64,000 nucleotides of DNA. Origin: an uncultured Pelagibacteraceae bacterium (GTDB taxonomy: Bacteria > Pseudomonadota > Alphaproteobacteria > Pelagibacterales > Pelagibacteraceae). How positions within the stretch are numbered: the stretch's first letter is position 1; the number at the start of each line of letters is the position of its first letter. Positions 47,727 to 58,257 of the stretch are shown here, piece after piece. The notes under the pieces are model-generated. The model was not told the origin of the DNA, searched no databases, and saw nothing but the letters and a program-made list of their open reading frames with translations. Position numbers and translations under genes: made by a program. The stretch is taken from contig CACARD010000003.1 of assembly GCA_902534735.1 (NCBI GenBank), positions 24,083 through 88,082 on the forward strand, read 5' to 3'.

Positions 47727-49343
47727 ATGAGTAATAAAATTTTGAGATTTATAGATAGTACTTTAATAGATTTAGGAAGACAGTTTAAGTGGACCTATCT
47801 ACCACCATTGATGATTTATCTTGCTGCTGGTATTTCAGGACTAACAGGTATTGTTGGAACTTTTTTTGTTAAAGACTATCTAAACTTATCTGCTGCTTTT
47901 CTTGCTGGACTGGGTTTTTGGGCTGGAATTCCATGGGCATTGAAGATGCCTTTAGGTCATCTTGTTGATCTAATCTGGAATAAAAAAAATTACATGGTTT
48001 TTGTTGGAGCATCCTTAATCTCATTAAGTTTAATTATAATGTACGGTTTAATAATTCATACTGAATGGATGTCATCAATTCTTTCAGTAGAAACATGGTT
48101 TGTGATCAGTGTTTTACTTGCTCCGATTGGCTATGTTGTGCAAGATGTTGTGGCTGATGCTATGACTGTAGAGGCTGTTCCTTTAGTTGATGACAGTGGA
48201 AATAAATTTTCAAGAGATGAAATCAAGCTTATGCATACAACAATGCAAACTCTTGGAAGATTTGCAATAATTGGTGGAACTGTTTTAGTTGCTTTAGCTA
48301 ATGTAATTCTCTTTAAAGGAGTAGACGAACTTGAACAAGCAGATAAGATAAGTTTATACGGTTCAATTTATATATATGCTTTAATTATTCCAATTGTATC
48401 TGTACTAGGAATATTTCTTGCTTCATATCTAAAAAATCAAAAGAAAAAAAAACTTATTGAACAAGGTTTAGAGGGTGACCAAGATTATGCTCCTTCAGAG
48501 AAAACTGAAGTTAACTGGTGGATATTAGGTGGAAGCTTGGTTTTTGTTATCTTCACTTTAGGTATTGGATCATTCAAAGTGCCTTTTGCTCAAGAAATTG
48601 TTTTTGTAGGTTCAATGGCAATTATTCTATTTTTAATGAATAAATTAGTTAAAGAACTTCCTCAAGATTTAAGACTTACTGTTGTAGGAACGGCAATAAT
48701 AATTTTTATTTTTAGAGCAATGCCAGGACCTGGTCCAGGTTTATCGTGGTTTGAAATTGATGTACTTGAATTCAATGAACAATTTTTTTCTGTATTATCT
48801 CTTATAGCCTCTGTTTTAACGCTTGTTGGTATTATTTTATTAAGACCATTTATGGCAAACAACTCAATAGCTAGAATAATAGTGATTTTATCTGTTGCAG
48901 GTGCAATTTTATTTTTACCAAGTGTAGGAATGTATTATGGATTTCACAATTGGACATCATCAATTACTAATGGAGTTGTTGATGCCAAGTTTATTGCAAT
49001 ATTAAATACTGCACTTGAGTCACCTTTGGGACAAGTCTCAATGATACCTTTGCTTGCATGGATTGCTAAAAATGCTCCGTCGCACTTAAAAGCAACTTTC
49101 TTTGCAGTATTCGCATCTTTTACAAATCTTGCTTTATCAGCAAGTGCTTTAGGAACTAAATATTTAAATGAAATTTATGTTATTACTAGAGAGGTAAAGG
49201 ATAAGGTAACAAACGCTATTCTTACCACTGCCGATTATTCAGATCTAGGTATTTTGTTGATAACAGTAACACTAATAACTTTAATAATTCCAATTGTGTT
49301 TGTAGTTATTATTCAAAAAACTAAATTTAAAACTTCAGAATAA
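47727..49343 (+). CDS. BT1/folate-biopterin family MFS transporter
   Basis: About 12 TM segments; PWALKMP.G.LVD, QDVVADAM.VE, AP...KAT.FA..AS..N motifs. Confidence 0.7.
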   Translation: MSNKILRFIDSTLIDLGRQFKWTYLPPLMIYLAAGISGLTGIVGTFFVKDYLNLSAAFLAGLGFWAGIPWALKMPLGHLVDLIWNKKNYMVFVGASLISLSLIIMYGLIIHTEWMSSILSVETWFVISVLLAPIGYVVQDVVADAMTVEAVPLVDDSGNKFSRDEIKLMHTTMQTLGRFAIIGGTVLVALANVILFKGVDELEQADKISLYGSIYIYALIIPIVSVLGIFLASYLKNQKKKKLIEQGLEGDQDYAPSEKTEVNWWILGGSLVFVIFTLGIGSFKVPFAQEIVFVGSMAIILFLMNKLVKELPQDLRLTVVGTAIIIFIFRAMPGPGPGLSWFEIDVLEFNEQFFSVLSLIASVLTLVGIILLRPFMANNSIARIIVILSVAGAILFLPSVGMYYGFHNWTSSITNGVVDAKFIAILNTALESPLGQVSMIPLLAWIAKNAPSHLKATFFAVFASFTNLALSASALGTKYLNEIYVITREVKDKVTNAILTTADYSDLGILLITVTLITLIIPIVFVVIIQKTKFKTSE

Positions 49344-49346
49344 TTT

Positions 49347-49925
49347 TTATTCAGCTTTATAGCCAAACTCTAAACAAGCATCAGTTATTGAATGATAAAG
49401 AGATTCACCAAAACTTCTTAAAGCGAATATTCTTACTTTTCTTGGATTTGAACTAATAAAATCAATAGTTATTGTAATTGCATGAAAAGCAGAATTAGAA
49501 CATTTCCCTTCATCAAGGCCATCTAAATTTAATGGACAACCTTTTTTCAATACTTCATCTACCAAAGAACCTTCTAATTCAAGTATTGTTCTTGAATGAG
49601 ATAGATCAGTTAATGCAAAATCATCATGACTTATGTTTTCTAAAATAGATTTTTCTATTTCTTTATTCTTTGAAACGACTAACCAATTATCAGGTCCCAT
49701 CCATAAAATTCTTGTATTAGGATTTGAAGATACCAAAAGAGTCTGGGGTAAATTTAAATTATCTATTTTTATTTTATCAATACTAATTGAAGATTTTTTA
49801 TATTTAACAATCTGATAAATCAAAATATCTTTGATTTCTCTAATATTTATTAGCTCATCTTTACTATCGTGATTGCCAAACAATCCATGTTTATGAATAT
49901 TTTCTAGTGCAGAAACATTTTTCAT
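49347..49925 (-). CDS. soxG: Sarcosine oxidase gamma subunit
   Basis: WMGPDNWL, DLSHSR, KGCPLNL, RSFGE motifs; operon position. Confidence 0.88.
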   Translation of the reverse strand: MKNVSALENIHKHGLFGNHDSKDELINIREIKDILIYQIVKYKKSSISIDKIKIDNLNLPQTLLVSSNPNTRILWMGPDNWLVVSKNKEIEKSILENISHDDFALTDLSHSRTILELEGSLVDEVLKKGCPLNLDGLDEGKCSNSAFHAITITIDFISSNPRKVRIFALRSFGESLYHSITDACLEFGYKAE

Positions 49926-52918
49926 GATCTAACTCTTTTTCCTTCAGGATCAACATAATGAGAAGAAATAACTTCTACTTCAATTGATTTATTTTTTAAT
50001 GGTGATACCGCAAAAAACTTTTTACCTATCATATTTTTTCCATCTTTCATAATTGCTAGTGAAAATGGATTATTATTTTCTACACTCCAACAAGAAGAAG
50101 AAACATGGCCAAGTTTAGGGTTTGGTAATTTTGCATTCTGATCTTGGACGATATGAGATCCTTCAGGAATACTAGACTTTCTATCAATTGGAATAAGTCC
50201 AACAATTTTTTGTCTGCTCTCAACATTAAATGCTTCTCTTCCTAAAGAATTTTTGCCAATAAAATCTTTTTTCTTTGAAACTAATCCATTTAATGAAACA
50301 TCTGATGGGATTGTTCGGCCATCTAATTCTGGTCCTGCAACGTGTCCCATTTCAATTCTTAATGTTGATAAAGCTTCAGTTCCGTAAGGCTGATTTCCAA
50401 ATTCTTTTCCTACTTCCATCATTTTCTCCCACATGAACATGCCATGATCTGATTTGACATTAATCTCATATGCAAGCTCACCAGAAAATGAAATTCTAAA
50501 AATTCTTGATGGAACACCAAAAAATTCTGCTTCTTTATAGCCCATAAAAGGCAAAGCTTCATTTGATACGTCTAAGTCTGGATATAATTTTGATAACATG
50601 TCTCTAGATTTAGGTCCAGCAATTGCAGCCCCTGCCCATTGCTCAGTTGTAGAGACAACATTTACATTTAATTCTGGCCAAACAATTTGAAGATAATATT
50701 CTAAGTGAGACAAAACATTTGCAGCTTGTGCAGTTGTTGTTGTCATATGATAATGATTTTCTGAAATTCTTGTTGTTGTTCCATCGTCCATGACAATTCC
50801 ATCTTCTCTAAGCATTAATCCATATCTTGCTTTTCCAATAGGTAATTTCATCCAAGCATTTGTATAAACTCTGTTTAAAAATTCTGCTGCGTCTGGACCT
50901 TTAATATCAATTTTTCCTAATGTTGTTACATCGCATATACCAACATTCTCTCTAACGTTTTTTGCCTCTCTCTTTGAAGCTTCAAATAAAGTTTCATTCC
51001 CTTCTTTATAATATCGAGGTCTTTTCCAAGCACCTGCATCAACAAATACAGCATTATTTTTCTCATGCCATTCATGCATTGGGGTTTTTCTAGTCGGCAT
51101 ATATTCCATACCTACTTCACGACCAACTATTGTCCCGATTGTAATTGGTGTGAAAGGTGGTCTAAATGTTGTGTGTCCCACTTCAGGAACTATTTTATTT
51201 TCTATATTAGATACCAACTGAAGGCCATTTAAATTACTTGTACGGCCTTGATCTGTTGCCATTCCAAGAGTTGTGTATCTTTTGACATGCTCTATTGATC
51301 TGTAGCCTTCTCTTAATGCGATTTCTATATCAGAAACAGATACATCATTTTGAAAATCAACAAATCTTTTTGGATTTTCATTCTTAGGTAACGGCATACA
51401 CCAAAATTTATCATGAGCTCCGTATTTCTTTTCATTTACATTTGGAATTGAGATTTCTGTTTTAGTCTCTGTAATTTTTGCGGAAAGATTTGAACCATTT
51501 TCAAAACCATGTTTTAAACTTTCTTCTAATGTGAATGATCCATTTGCTGCGCCAACTGAGGTCTCATGTTGTTTTTTCTTATCTGGAATAAATGCATCAA
51601 TTTTTTCTTCATACTTAAGTTTATTTCCTGACTGTGATGCTAAATGTACAGATGGTGTCCAAAATCCAGACACACAAATACAATCACAATCTACAGTTTC
51701 TATTTTCTCAAAAGAATTTTTATCTTTATTCAGTTTGCCAATTTTTGCAGATTTAACTTTTTTGTAACCATTAGCAACAATAACACCGTGAGAAAATCTT
51801 ATATCAATTCCCTTTGATTTAGCTTCATCAATTAATTCTGATGAATGTTCTTCTCTTGTATCTAATATAATTGGTTCAACATTATTTTTTTTGAACTCTA
51901 AAGCTGTTTCATATGCACTATCGTTATTTGTGAATATTAAAGGTTTCTTTCCAACCAATACTCCATAGACTTTCATATATTCTTTTGCAGCTGCTGATAA
52001 AAAAATTCCTGGAGTATCATTGTTGCCGAACACAATTGGTCTTTCAATTGAGCCAGTTGATAAAATTGTTTCTTTGGCTCTAATATACCAAAGTCTTTGT
52101 CTTGGGGTGAATTTTGATTTTTTCTCTAAATGATCACTAACTCTCTCAAACATTACCAGCATGTTATGATCATAATAACCAAAAACTTGAGATCTATTTT
52201 TTACAGTGACATTGGGCATAGATTTTAATTCAGTAATTATTTTTTCTGCCCAATCTTTTCCTGATAAATTATCGATGCTTACGTCATCAGTTAAAAGTGT
52301 TCCTCCAAATCTTGGTTTATCCTCAGCTAAAATTACTTTTGCTCCATTTTTTGCAGCAGCATATGCACTTGCTAATCCAGAGGGTCCGGATCCAGTAACT
52401 AACAAATCGCAATACTCAAATTTATGTTCATATCTTTCTTTATCTTTTTCTATCGAAGCAACCCCTAATCCTGCGGCTTTTCTAATGAAAGGTTCGTAAA
52501 TTTTATACCAAAAACTTTTAGGCCACATAAATGTTTTGTAATAAAACCCAGCAGGGAAAAACATTTTTAAAAAATTATTAATTGCACCTACATCAAAATT
52601 TACTGATGGCCAACAGTTTTGGCTTGTTGCAGACAAACCTTCAACCAGTTCCATTTCTGTTGCATTAACATTAGGTTCTGAATGACCATTGAATTCTACT
52701 TGAAGCTTTGCGTTTGGTTCTTCTACTCCTGCACCAAAAAAACCTCTTGGTCTATGATATTTAAAACTTCTACCAACTAGGTGTATTCCATTTGCAATCA
52801 AAGCAGATGCAATTGTATCACCTTCATATCCAAATAATTTTTTACCATTAAAAGTAAAGTATATTTTTTTGTTTCGATTAATTAATCCCTCTTTATTTAA
52901 TCTAAATGGTTGGCTCAT
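49922..52918 (-). CDS. soxA: Sarcosine oxidase alpha subunit
   Basis: GDTIASAL, RSFKYHRPRG, VDFQNDV, KRYTTLGMATDQG, ISFSGELAYEI motifs. Confidence 0.93.
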   Translation of the reverse strand: MSQPFRLNKEGLINRNKKIYFTFNGKKLFGYEGDTIASALIANGIHLVGRSFKYHRPRGFFGAGVEEPNAKLQVEFNGHSEPNVNATEMELVEGLSATSQNCWPSVNFDVGAINNFLKMFFPAGFYYKTFMWPKSFWYKIYEPFIRKAAGLGVASIEKDKERYEHKFEYCDLLVTGSGPSGLASAYAAAKNGAKVILAEDKPRFGGTLLTDDVSIDNLSGKDWAEKIITELKSMPNVTVKNRSQVFGYYDHNMLVMFERVSDHLEKKSKFTPRQRLWYIRAKETILSTGSIERPIVFGNNDTPGIFLSAAAKEYMKVYGVLVGKKPLIFTNNDSAYETALEFKKNNVEPIILDTREEHSSELIDEAKSKGIDIRFSHGVIVANGYKKVKSAKIGKLNKDKNSFEKIETVDCDCICVSGFWTPSVHLASQSGNKLKYEEKIDAFIPDKKKQHETSVGAANGSFTLEESLKHGFENGSNLSAKITETKTEISIPNVNEKKYGAHDKFWCMPLPKNENPKRFVDFQNDVSVSDIEIALREGYRSIEHVKRYTTLGMATDQGRTSNLNGLQLVSNIENKIVPEVGHTTFRPPFTPITIGTIVGREVGMEYMPTRKTPMHEWHEKNNAVFVDAGAWKRPRYYKEGNETLFEASKREAKNVRENVGICDVTTLGKIDIKGPDAAEFLNRVYTNAWMKLPIGKARYGLMLREDGIVMDDGTTTRISENHYHMTTTTAQAANVLSHLEYYLQIVWPELNVNVVSTTEQWAGAAIAGPKSRDMLSKLYPDLDVSNEALPFMGYKEAEFFGVPSRIFRISFSGELAYEINVKSDHGMFMWEKMMEVGKEFGNQPYGTEALSTLRIEMGHVAGPELDGRTIPSDVSLNGLVSKKKDFIGKNSLGREAFNVESRQKIVGLIPIDRKSSIPEGSHIVQDQNAKLPNPKLGHVSSSCWSVENNNPFSLAIMKDGKNMIGKKFFAVSPLKNKSIEVEVISSHYVDPEGKRVRS

Positions 52919-53184
52919 CTTATTTCTTCTGTGACTTTTGCTGTTTGGAAAATTTCATGTGTAGCGGTGTCTCTTTGCACCTTAATCCATTGTCTACATC
53001 CAGCTATATGTTGCCATAACTCTATATGTTTCCCTCTTGGACTTTTTCTCATATAAACAAAATTATCCCAATCTTCACTTGATACTTCTTCATTTATATT
53101 AGGTCTTTTTACAGTTGCATCACCTCCATATGAAAATTCTTTTTGTGCTCTTAAACCGCAATAAGGACATTTGATGTATAACAT
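52915..53184 (-). CDS. soxD: Sarcosine oxidase delta subunit
   Basis: CPYCG.R...EF, WQHIAGCRQW motifs. Confidence 0.93.
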   Translation of the reverse strand: MLYIKCPYCGLRAQKEFSYGGDATVKRPNINEEVSSEDWDNFVYMRKSPRGKHIELWQHIAGCRQWIKVQRDTATHEIFQTAKVTEEIR

Positions 53185-53187
53185 TTT

Positions 53188-54444
53188 TTAACCAATCCAG
53201 GTTTTAGTTCCTAAACCTTTTTCATCTAAAAGATGGCCTGTAGAAAATCTATTTAATCTTAATTCTGAATTTAATTCATGAACTTGATCTTGTGCAATTG
53301 TATGAGCAAATGTCCAACCTGAGACAGGAGTTGATTTAAAACCTCCATAACACCATCCGCAGTTTAAATATAAACCTTCAATATGAGTTTTATCAATTAT
53401 TGGAGAACCATCCATAGACATATCCATGATCCCTCCCCACGTCCTTAACATTTTTAATCTACTTAAAAATGGAAACAAAGCTAAGCCGCCTGTCAATACA
53501 TGTTGTATGGTTGGCAAGTTACCTCTTTGAGCATAACTATTATATCCATCAAGATCACCACCCATTACCATCTCACCTTTATCTGATTGACTTATATAAA
53601 AGTGGCCTGCACCAAAAGTTACCACTCCATCTAACAACGGTTTTACAGGTTCTGAAACACAAGCTTGCAGTACATGAGTTTCTATTGGCAGTGTCATATT
53701 TAATTTTTCAGCTAATATATTTGTGCTACCTGCAACACATAATCCAACTTTTTTTGCTTTAATATCTCCTCTTGAAGTTCTAATTCCTTTTATCTTTCCG
53801 TTAACAACATCAAAACCAGTGACCTCACAATGTTGTATAATATCTACTCCCATATCATCTGCTTGACGTGCATAACCCCAAGCAACAGCATCATGTCTTG
53901 CGGTACCAGCACTTGGTTGCATTAAGCCTCCAAAAATTGGGAAACGTACTTCATCGCTAAAGTCAGCCATTGGAATTAATTTTTTAACCTCGTCTCTATC
54001 CAGTAACTTTGCATCTATTCCATTTAATCTCATAGAGTTTCCTCTTCGAGCATATGCGTTCATTTGAGCATCAGAGTGGGCTAAGTTTATTATTCCCCTT
54101 GGAGAAAACATCACATTAAAGTTCAGTTCTTGACTTAAGTTTCTCCATAAATCCATTCCAAATTCATTAAATCTTGCATTAGCATCGTACATAAAATTTG
54201 ATCTTATGATCGTTGTATTTCGACCAACATTTCCACCACCAATCCAACCTTTCTCAATGATAGCTACATTTCTAATATTATGTTCTTTTGCTAAATAATA
54301 TGCAGTAGCAAGACCATGTCCTCCACCTCCGATGATGACTACATCATATTCACTTTTTGGAGCTGGATCTTTCCAAGCCACTTCCCAATTTTGGTGATTG
54401 GAGAATGCGTTTTTGATTAGACTAAATACTGAATATTTCTGCAT
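53188..54444 (-). CDS. soxB: Sarcosine oxidase beta subunit
   Basis: GGGGHGLATAYYLAK, GRNTTIIRSN, ARHDAVAWGYAR motifs. N-methylglutamate dehydrogenase cannot be excluded. Confidence 0.9.
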   Translation of the reverse strand: MQKYSVFSLIKNAFSNHQNWEVAWKDPAPKSEYDVVIIGGGGHGLATAYYLAKEHNIRNVAIIEKGWIGGGNVGRNTTIIRSNFMYDANARFNEFGMDLWRNLSQELNFNVMFSPRGIINLAHSDAQMNAYARRGNSMRLNGIDAKLLDRDEVKKLIPMADFSDEVRFPIFGGLMQPSAGTARHDAVAWGYARQADDMGVDIIQHCEVTGFDVVNGKIKGIRTSRGDIKAKKVGLCVAGSTNILAEKLNMTLPIETHVLQACVSEPVKPLLDGVVTFGAGHFYISQSDKGEMVMGGDLDGYNSYAQRGNLPTIQHVLTGGLALFPFLSRLKMLRTWGGIMDMSMDGSPIIDKTHIEGLYLNCGWCYGGFKSTPVSGWTFAHTIAQDQVHELNSELRLNRFSTGHLLDEKGLGTKTWIG

Positions 54445-54565
54445 ACTTAAGTTTTATAAAATTAAATATAAGTTTTTGCTAATTTTTTTTATATATATTT
54501 TTTAGATGTTTAAATACGTGACAAAAAAGGATAGTAATTCTGCTCATTAATAAGTAATTAGATTT

Positions 54566-56245
54566 ATGTCAAAATCAGATATCCAAATTGCACGAGAAGC
54601 AAAAATGAGACCCATAAATGAGATTTTGGGTAAAATTAATGTTCCAGACGAACCAAGTGCTTTTAGCCCTATGGGACGTCATATTGCTAAAATAAATTTA
54701 GAATATTTAGATAATTTAAAAGATAAACAAAATGGAAAATTAATTTTAGTTACTGCTATCACACCAACTCCTGCAGGTGAGGGAAAAACTACTACGTCAG
54801 TTGGTTTAAATGATGGATTAAATAAAATTGGTAAAAATTCTATAGTGTGTTTACGTGAACCTAGTTTAGGTCCTTCATTTGGAATGAAAGGTGGAGCAGC
54901 AGGTGGTGGATATGCTCAAGTTGTTCCAATGGAACAAATCAATTTACATTTTACGGGTGACTTCCATGCAATTACATCTGCTCACAATTTATTGTCAGCG
55001 TTAATTGATAATCATATTTATTGGGGAAATAAATTAAACATAGATGTAAGACGAGTAGTCTGGAGAAGAGTTATGGATATGAATGATAGATCTTTAAGAT
55101 CTATCAATATTAATTTAGGTGGAGTTGCTAATGGTTTTCCAAGAGAAGATGGTTTTGATATTACAGTAGCATCTGAGATAATGGCTATCTTTTGTTTAGC
55201 AAATGATCTTGAAGATTTGGAAAAGAGAATAGGTAATATTACTGTTGCTTATACTAGAGACAGAAAGCCTATTTTTGCAAAAGATTTAAATGCTCACGGA
55301 CCAATGACTGTTTTATTAAAAGAAGCAATCAGGCCTAACGTAACTCAAACGTTAGAAAATAATCCTGCCATTATTCATGGTGGTCCTTTTGCAAACATTG
55401 CACATGGTTGTAACTCTGTAATAGCAACTAAAGCAGGTTTAAAACTAGCTGATTATGTTGTAACTGAAGCTGGATTTGGAGCAGACCTGGGAGCAGAAAA
55501 ATTTTTAGATATTAAATGTAGAAAATCAAATTTAAAACCTGAGTGTGTAGTTATTGTTGCAACAATTAGAGCATTAAAAATGCATGGCGGTGTAGCTAAA
55601 GATGATTTAAAAAATGAAAATGTAGAAGCATTAAAAAAAGGTTTAGTAAATTTAGAGAGACACATTGAAAACGTAAAAAAATTTGGTTTACCGGTAGCGG
55701 TTGCTGTTAATCATTTTGTTGCTGATACTGATAATGAAGTAAAAGAGTTAATAAATGCTTGTGATAATATGGGAGTTAAAGCTACTTTATGTACTCATTG
55801 GTCAAATGGTGGTGAAGGAACAAAAGAACTTGCCACACATGTTGTTGATTTAATTGATAAAAAACAAGCAAATTTTAAATTTTTATATGATGAAAAAACA
55901 CCTTTACTAAAGAAAGTTGAAACTGTTGCAAAAGAAATTTATCGAGCAAACGAAGTTGTTGCTGACAGTAAAATAAAAGATCAATTAAAATCTTTTGAAG
56001 AAGCGGGTTATGGAAATTTACCTATTTGTGTAGCGAAAACACAATATAGTTTTTCTACTGATCCAAATGCAAAAGGTGCTCCAACAGGCCATTCATTACC
56101 AGTTAGAGAAGTAAGATTATCTTCAGGCGCAGAATTTATTGTTGTTATATGCGGAGCCATCATGACAATGCCTGGACTTCCAAGAGTTCCTGCGGCAGAC
56201 TCTATTAAGCTTAATGAAAAAGGTGAAATAGAAGGCTTGTTTTAA
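54566..56245 (+). CDS. fhs: Formate-tetrahydrofolate ligase
   Basis: [45 protein letters not shown] motifs. Confidence 0.97.
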   Translation: MSKSDIQIAREAKMRPINEILGKINVPDEPSAFSPMGRHIAKINLEYLDNLKDKQNGKLILVTAITPTPAGEGKTTTSVGLNDGLNKIGKNSIVCLREPSLGPSFGMKGGAAGGGYAQVVPMEQINLHFTGDFHAITSAHNLLSALIDNHIYWGNKLNIDVRRVVWRRVMDMNDRSLRSININLGGVANGFPREDGFDITVASEIMAIFCLANDLEDLEKRIGNITVAYTRDRKPIFAKDLNAHGPMTVLLKEAIRPNVTQTLENNPAIIHGGPFANIAHGCNSVIATKAGLKLADYVVTEAGFGADLGAEKFLDIKCRKSNLKPECVVIVATIRALKMHGGVAKDDLKNENVEALKKGLVNLERHIENVKKFGLPVAVAVNHFVADTDNEVKELINACDNMGVKATLCTHWSNGGEGTKELATHVVDLIDKKQANFKFLYDEKTPLLKKVETVAKEIYRANEVVADSKIKDQLKSFEEAGYGNLPICVAKTQYSFSTDPNAKGAPTGHSLPVREVRLSSGAEFIVVICGAIMTMPGLPRVPAADSIKLNEKGEIEGLF

Positions 56246-57024
56246 TTTAAATTATTTAGCCAATTTTCTAATTCTCTCATCCTTGCATCTTTATTTGAAA
56301 TTTTATTTTCATCTTCTATAATTTTTACATGAGAGTCTATTTCCATTTGGTCAATAAATGCTTTTTTTTCTAAAAGTCGATCTCTCCTAAAATGAATTAA
56401 GCTTATCATTTTGGCATAAGTTATTTCTGGATGATATTGTATTCCCCATACATTCGTTGAACCAACATTAAAATTTATACCCATGACTTTATTTATTGGA
56501 TTTGATGAAAGTAATGTAGAGCCCTCAGGTAATTTTACAACTTCATCAAAATTAAATGCAGGGGTATTAAATTTTTTATTTTTATTTTTATAAAGCGGAT
56601 GTTTAATACCGTTTTCGTTTATTTCTATGTCATGAGCTATTCCCCTGTGGGCGCCATTTGGGCATTTCTTTACTTCACCACCAGCAACAGTTACAGCAAC
56701 CTGCATTCCCCAACATATTGCGAATATATTTTTTATATTCTTTTGACATTCCCTCATAAAATTTATTTGTCTTCTTATTTCTGGAGTATCATTGTAAATA
56801 TTTAAACTACTACCACCCCATATCATTCCATGATATTTAGTTAAATCTTTAGCTACTTCATTAATATTTTCATCTGATGAAGGATTAACAACATCAATAT
56901 CTAATTGATCTGTAAAATAACTAATACTGTCTTTTAAACTTTCAGTATGAGTTTTAATTCCACCATCAGTAAAGCTTTGATTTTCTTCTCTAAGGTTACC
57001 TTCAACTATCAGAATTCTTTTCAT
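56242..57024 (-). CDS. Class I glutamine amidotransferase-like protein
   Basis: ICWGMQ nucleophile and QYHPE motif. Confidence 0.85.
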   Translation of the reverse strand: MKRILIVEGNLREENQSFTDGGIKTHTESLKDSISYFTDQLDIDVVNPSSDENINEVAKDLTKYHGMIWGGSSLNIYNDTPEIRRQINFMRECQKNIKNIFAICWGMQVAVTVAGGEVKKCPNGAHRGIAHDIEINENGIKHPLYKNKNKKFNTPAFNFDEVVKLPEGSTLLSSNPINKVMGINFNVGSTNVWGIQYHPEITYAKMISLIHFRRDRLLEKKAFIDQMEIDSHVKIIEDENKISNKDARMRELENWLNNLN

Positions 57025-58181
57025 TAAAATAATTTACCTGAAATACTATGTTCATAAAGTGCTTTCATGTCATCCTTGCTCATTGTTCTTGGATTGGTAG
57101 AAGTTGAAGGATCTTCTAATGCCATAACTGATAACTGCTCTAAATTTATTTTATTTACATCAACAATTTCTGATAATTTATGCGGTATATTTAATTCTTT
57201 TCTTAGTTCTAAAATCCATTGTAAAAAACTATCAAAACTTTTATTGAGTTTGAGATAATCACATATAGAAATTATCCTTTTTTCAATCATTTCTTTGTTA
57301 AAAGTTAATACATAAGGCATAAAGATAGCATTTGATAAACCGTGGTGAACATTAAATTGTGCATTAATAGGGTGGCTCAAAGAATGAATAGCACCAAGCC
57401 CTTTTTGAAAAGCGGTAGAACCCATGCTAGCTGAAGCTAATAATTCTGCTCTAGCATTTAAATCTTTACCGTTCTTAACTGCTTTAATTAATGAGTTTTT
57501 TATTAACTTCATTCCCTCAATCGCAATTCCATCAGCCATCGGGTGGAATCCTGGTGCACAAAAAGCTTCTAAATTGTGTGCTAAAGCATCCATACCTGTA
57601 GCTGCAGTCAATCTTGGAGAAAGATCTAAAGTTAAATTAGGATCTAAAATTACAATTGAAGGTAAAAATTTCGGGTGGAAAATAATTTTTTTTATACCTG
57701 TTTGTTTATTGATTATAGCTGATGCTCTTCCAGTTTCTGATCCTGTTCCTGCTGTAGTGGGTACAGCAATGATAGGTGCAATGTTAGTCTCATCTGCTCT
57801 TTTCCAATAATCACCTATATCTTCAAAATCCCATATTGGTCTAGACTGTCCTGACATAAAAGCAATAGCTTTACCTACATCAAGACCGCTGCCACCACCA
57901 AATGCAATAACTCCATCACAACCTAATTTTTTAAACTCCCCCACTCCCTCTTCCACATTCTCGCCTACAGGATTACCTGAAAAATTTGAAAAAACTTGAA
58001 GATGATTAAATGTTTTTTTTAAATCTAAAATAATATCTTGAACCATTTTTAGATTAATTAAATCCTTATCTGTGACAAATAATGGTTTATCGATTTTTAG
58101 ATTTTTACATGCTAGACCTAAATCTTGAATTCTGTTCTCTCCAACCCAAATTGTAGTAGGATAATTCCAATTAGTTTTCAT
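57024..58181 (-). CDS. Iron-containing alcohol dehydrogenase
   Basis: GGGSGLD, PTTAGTGSE, GMDALAH..E, HSLSH, HHGLSN motifs. Confidence 0.9.
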   Translation of the reverse strand: MKTNWNYPTTIWVGENRIQDLGLACKNLKIDKPLFVTDKDLINLKMVQDIILDLKKTFNHLQVFSNFSGNPVGENVEEGVGEFKKLGCDGVIAFGGGSGLDVGKAIAFMSGQSRPIWDFEDIGDYWKRADETNIAPIIAVPTTAGTGSETGRASAIINKQTGIKKIIFHPKFLPSIVILDPNLTLDLSPRLTAATGMDALAHNLEAFCAPGFHPMADGIAIEGMKLIKNSLIKAVKNGKDLNARAELLASASMGSTAFQKGLGAIHSLSHPINAQFNVHHGLSNAIFMPYVLTFNKEMIEKRIISICDYLKLNKSFDSFLQWILELRKELNIPHKLSEIVDVNKINLEQLSVMALEDPSTSTNPRTMSKDDMKALYEHSISGKLF

Positions 58182-58257
58182 ATTAAAATAATATTTAATT
58201 TTTCTATTTTTCTTAGTACAATATATTTATAATTTTAATTGTAGAGGAAAAATTATC

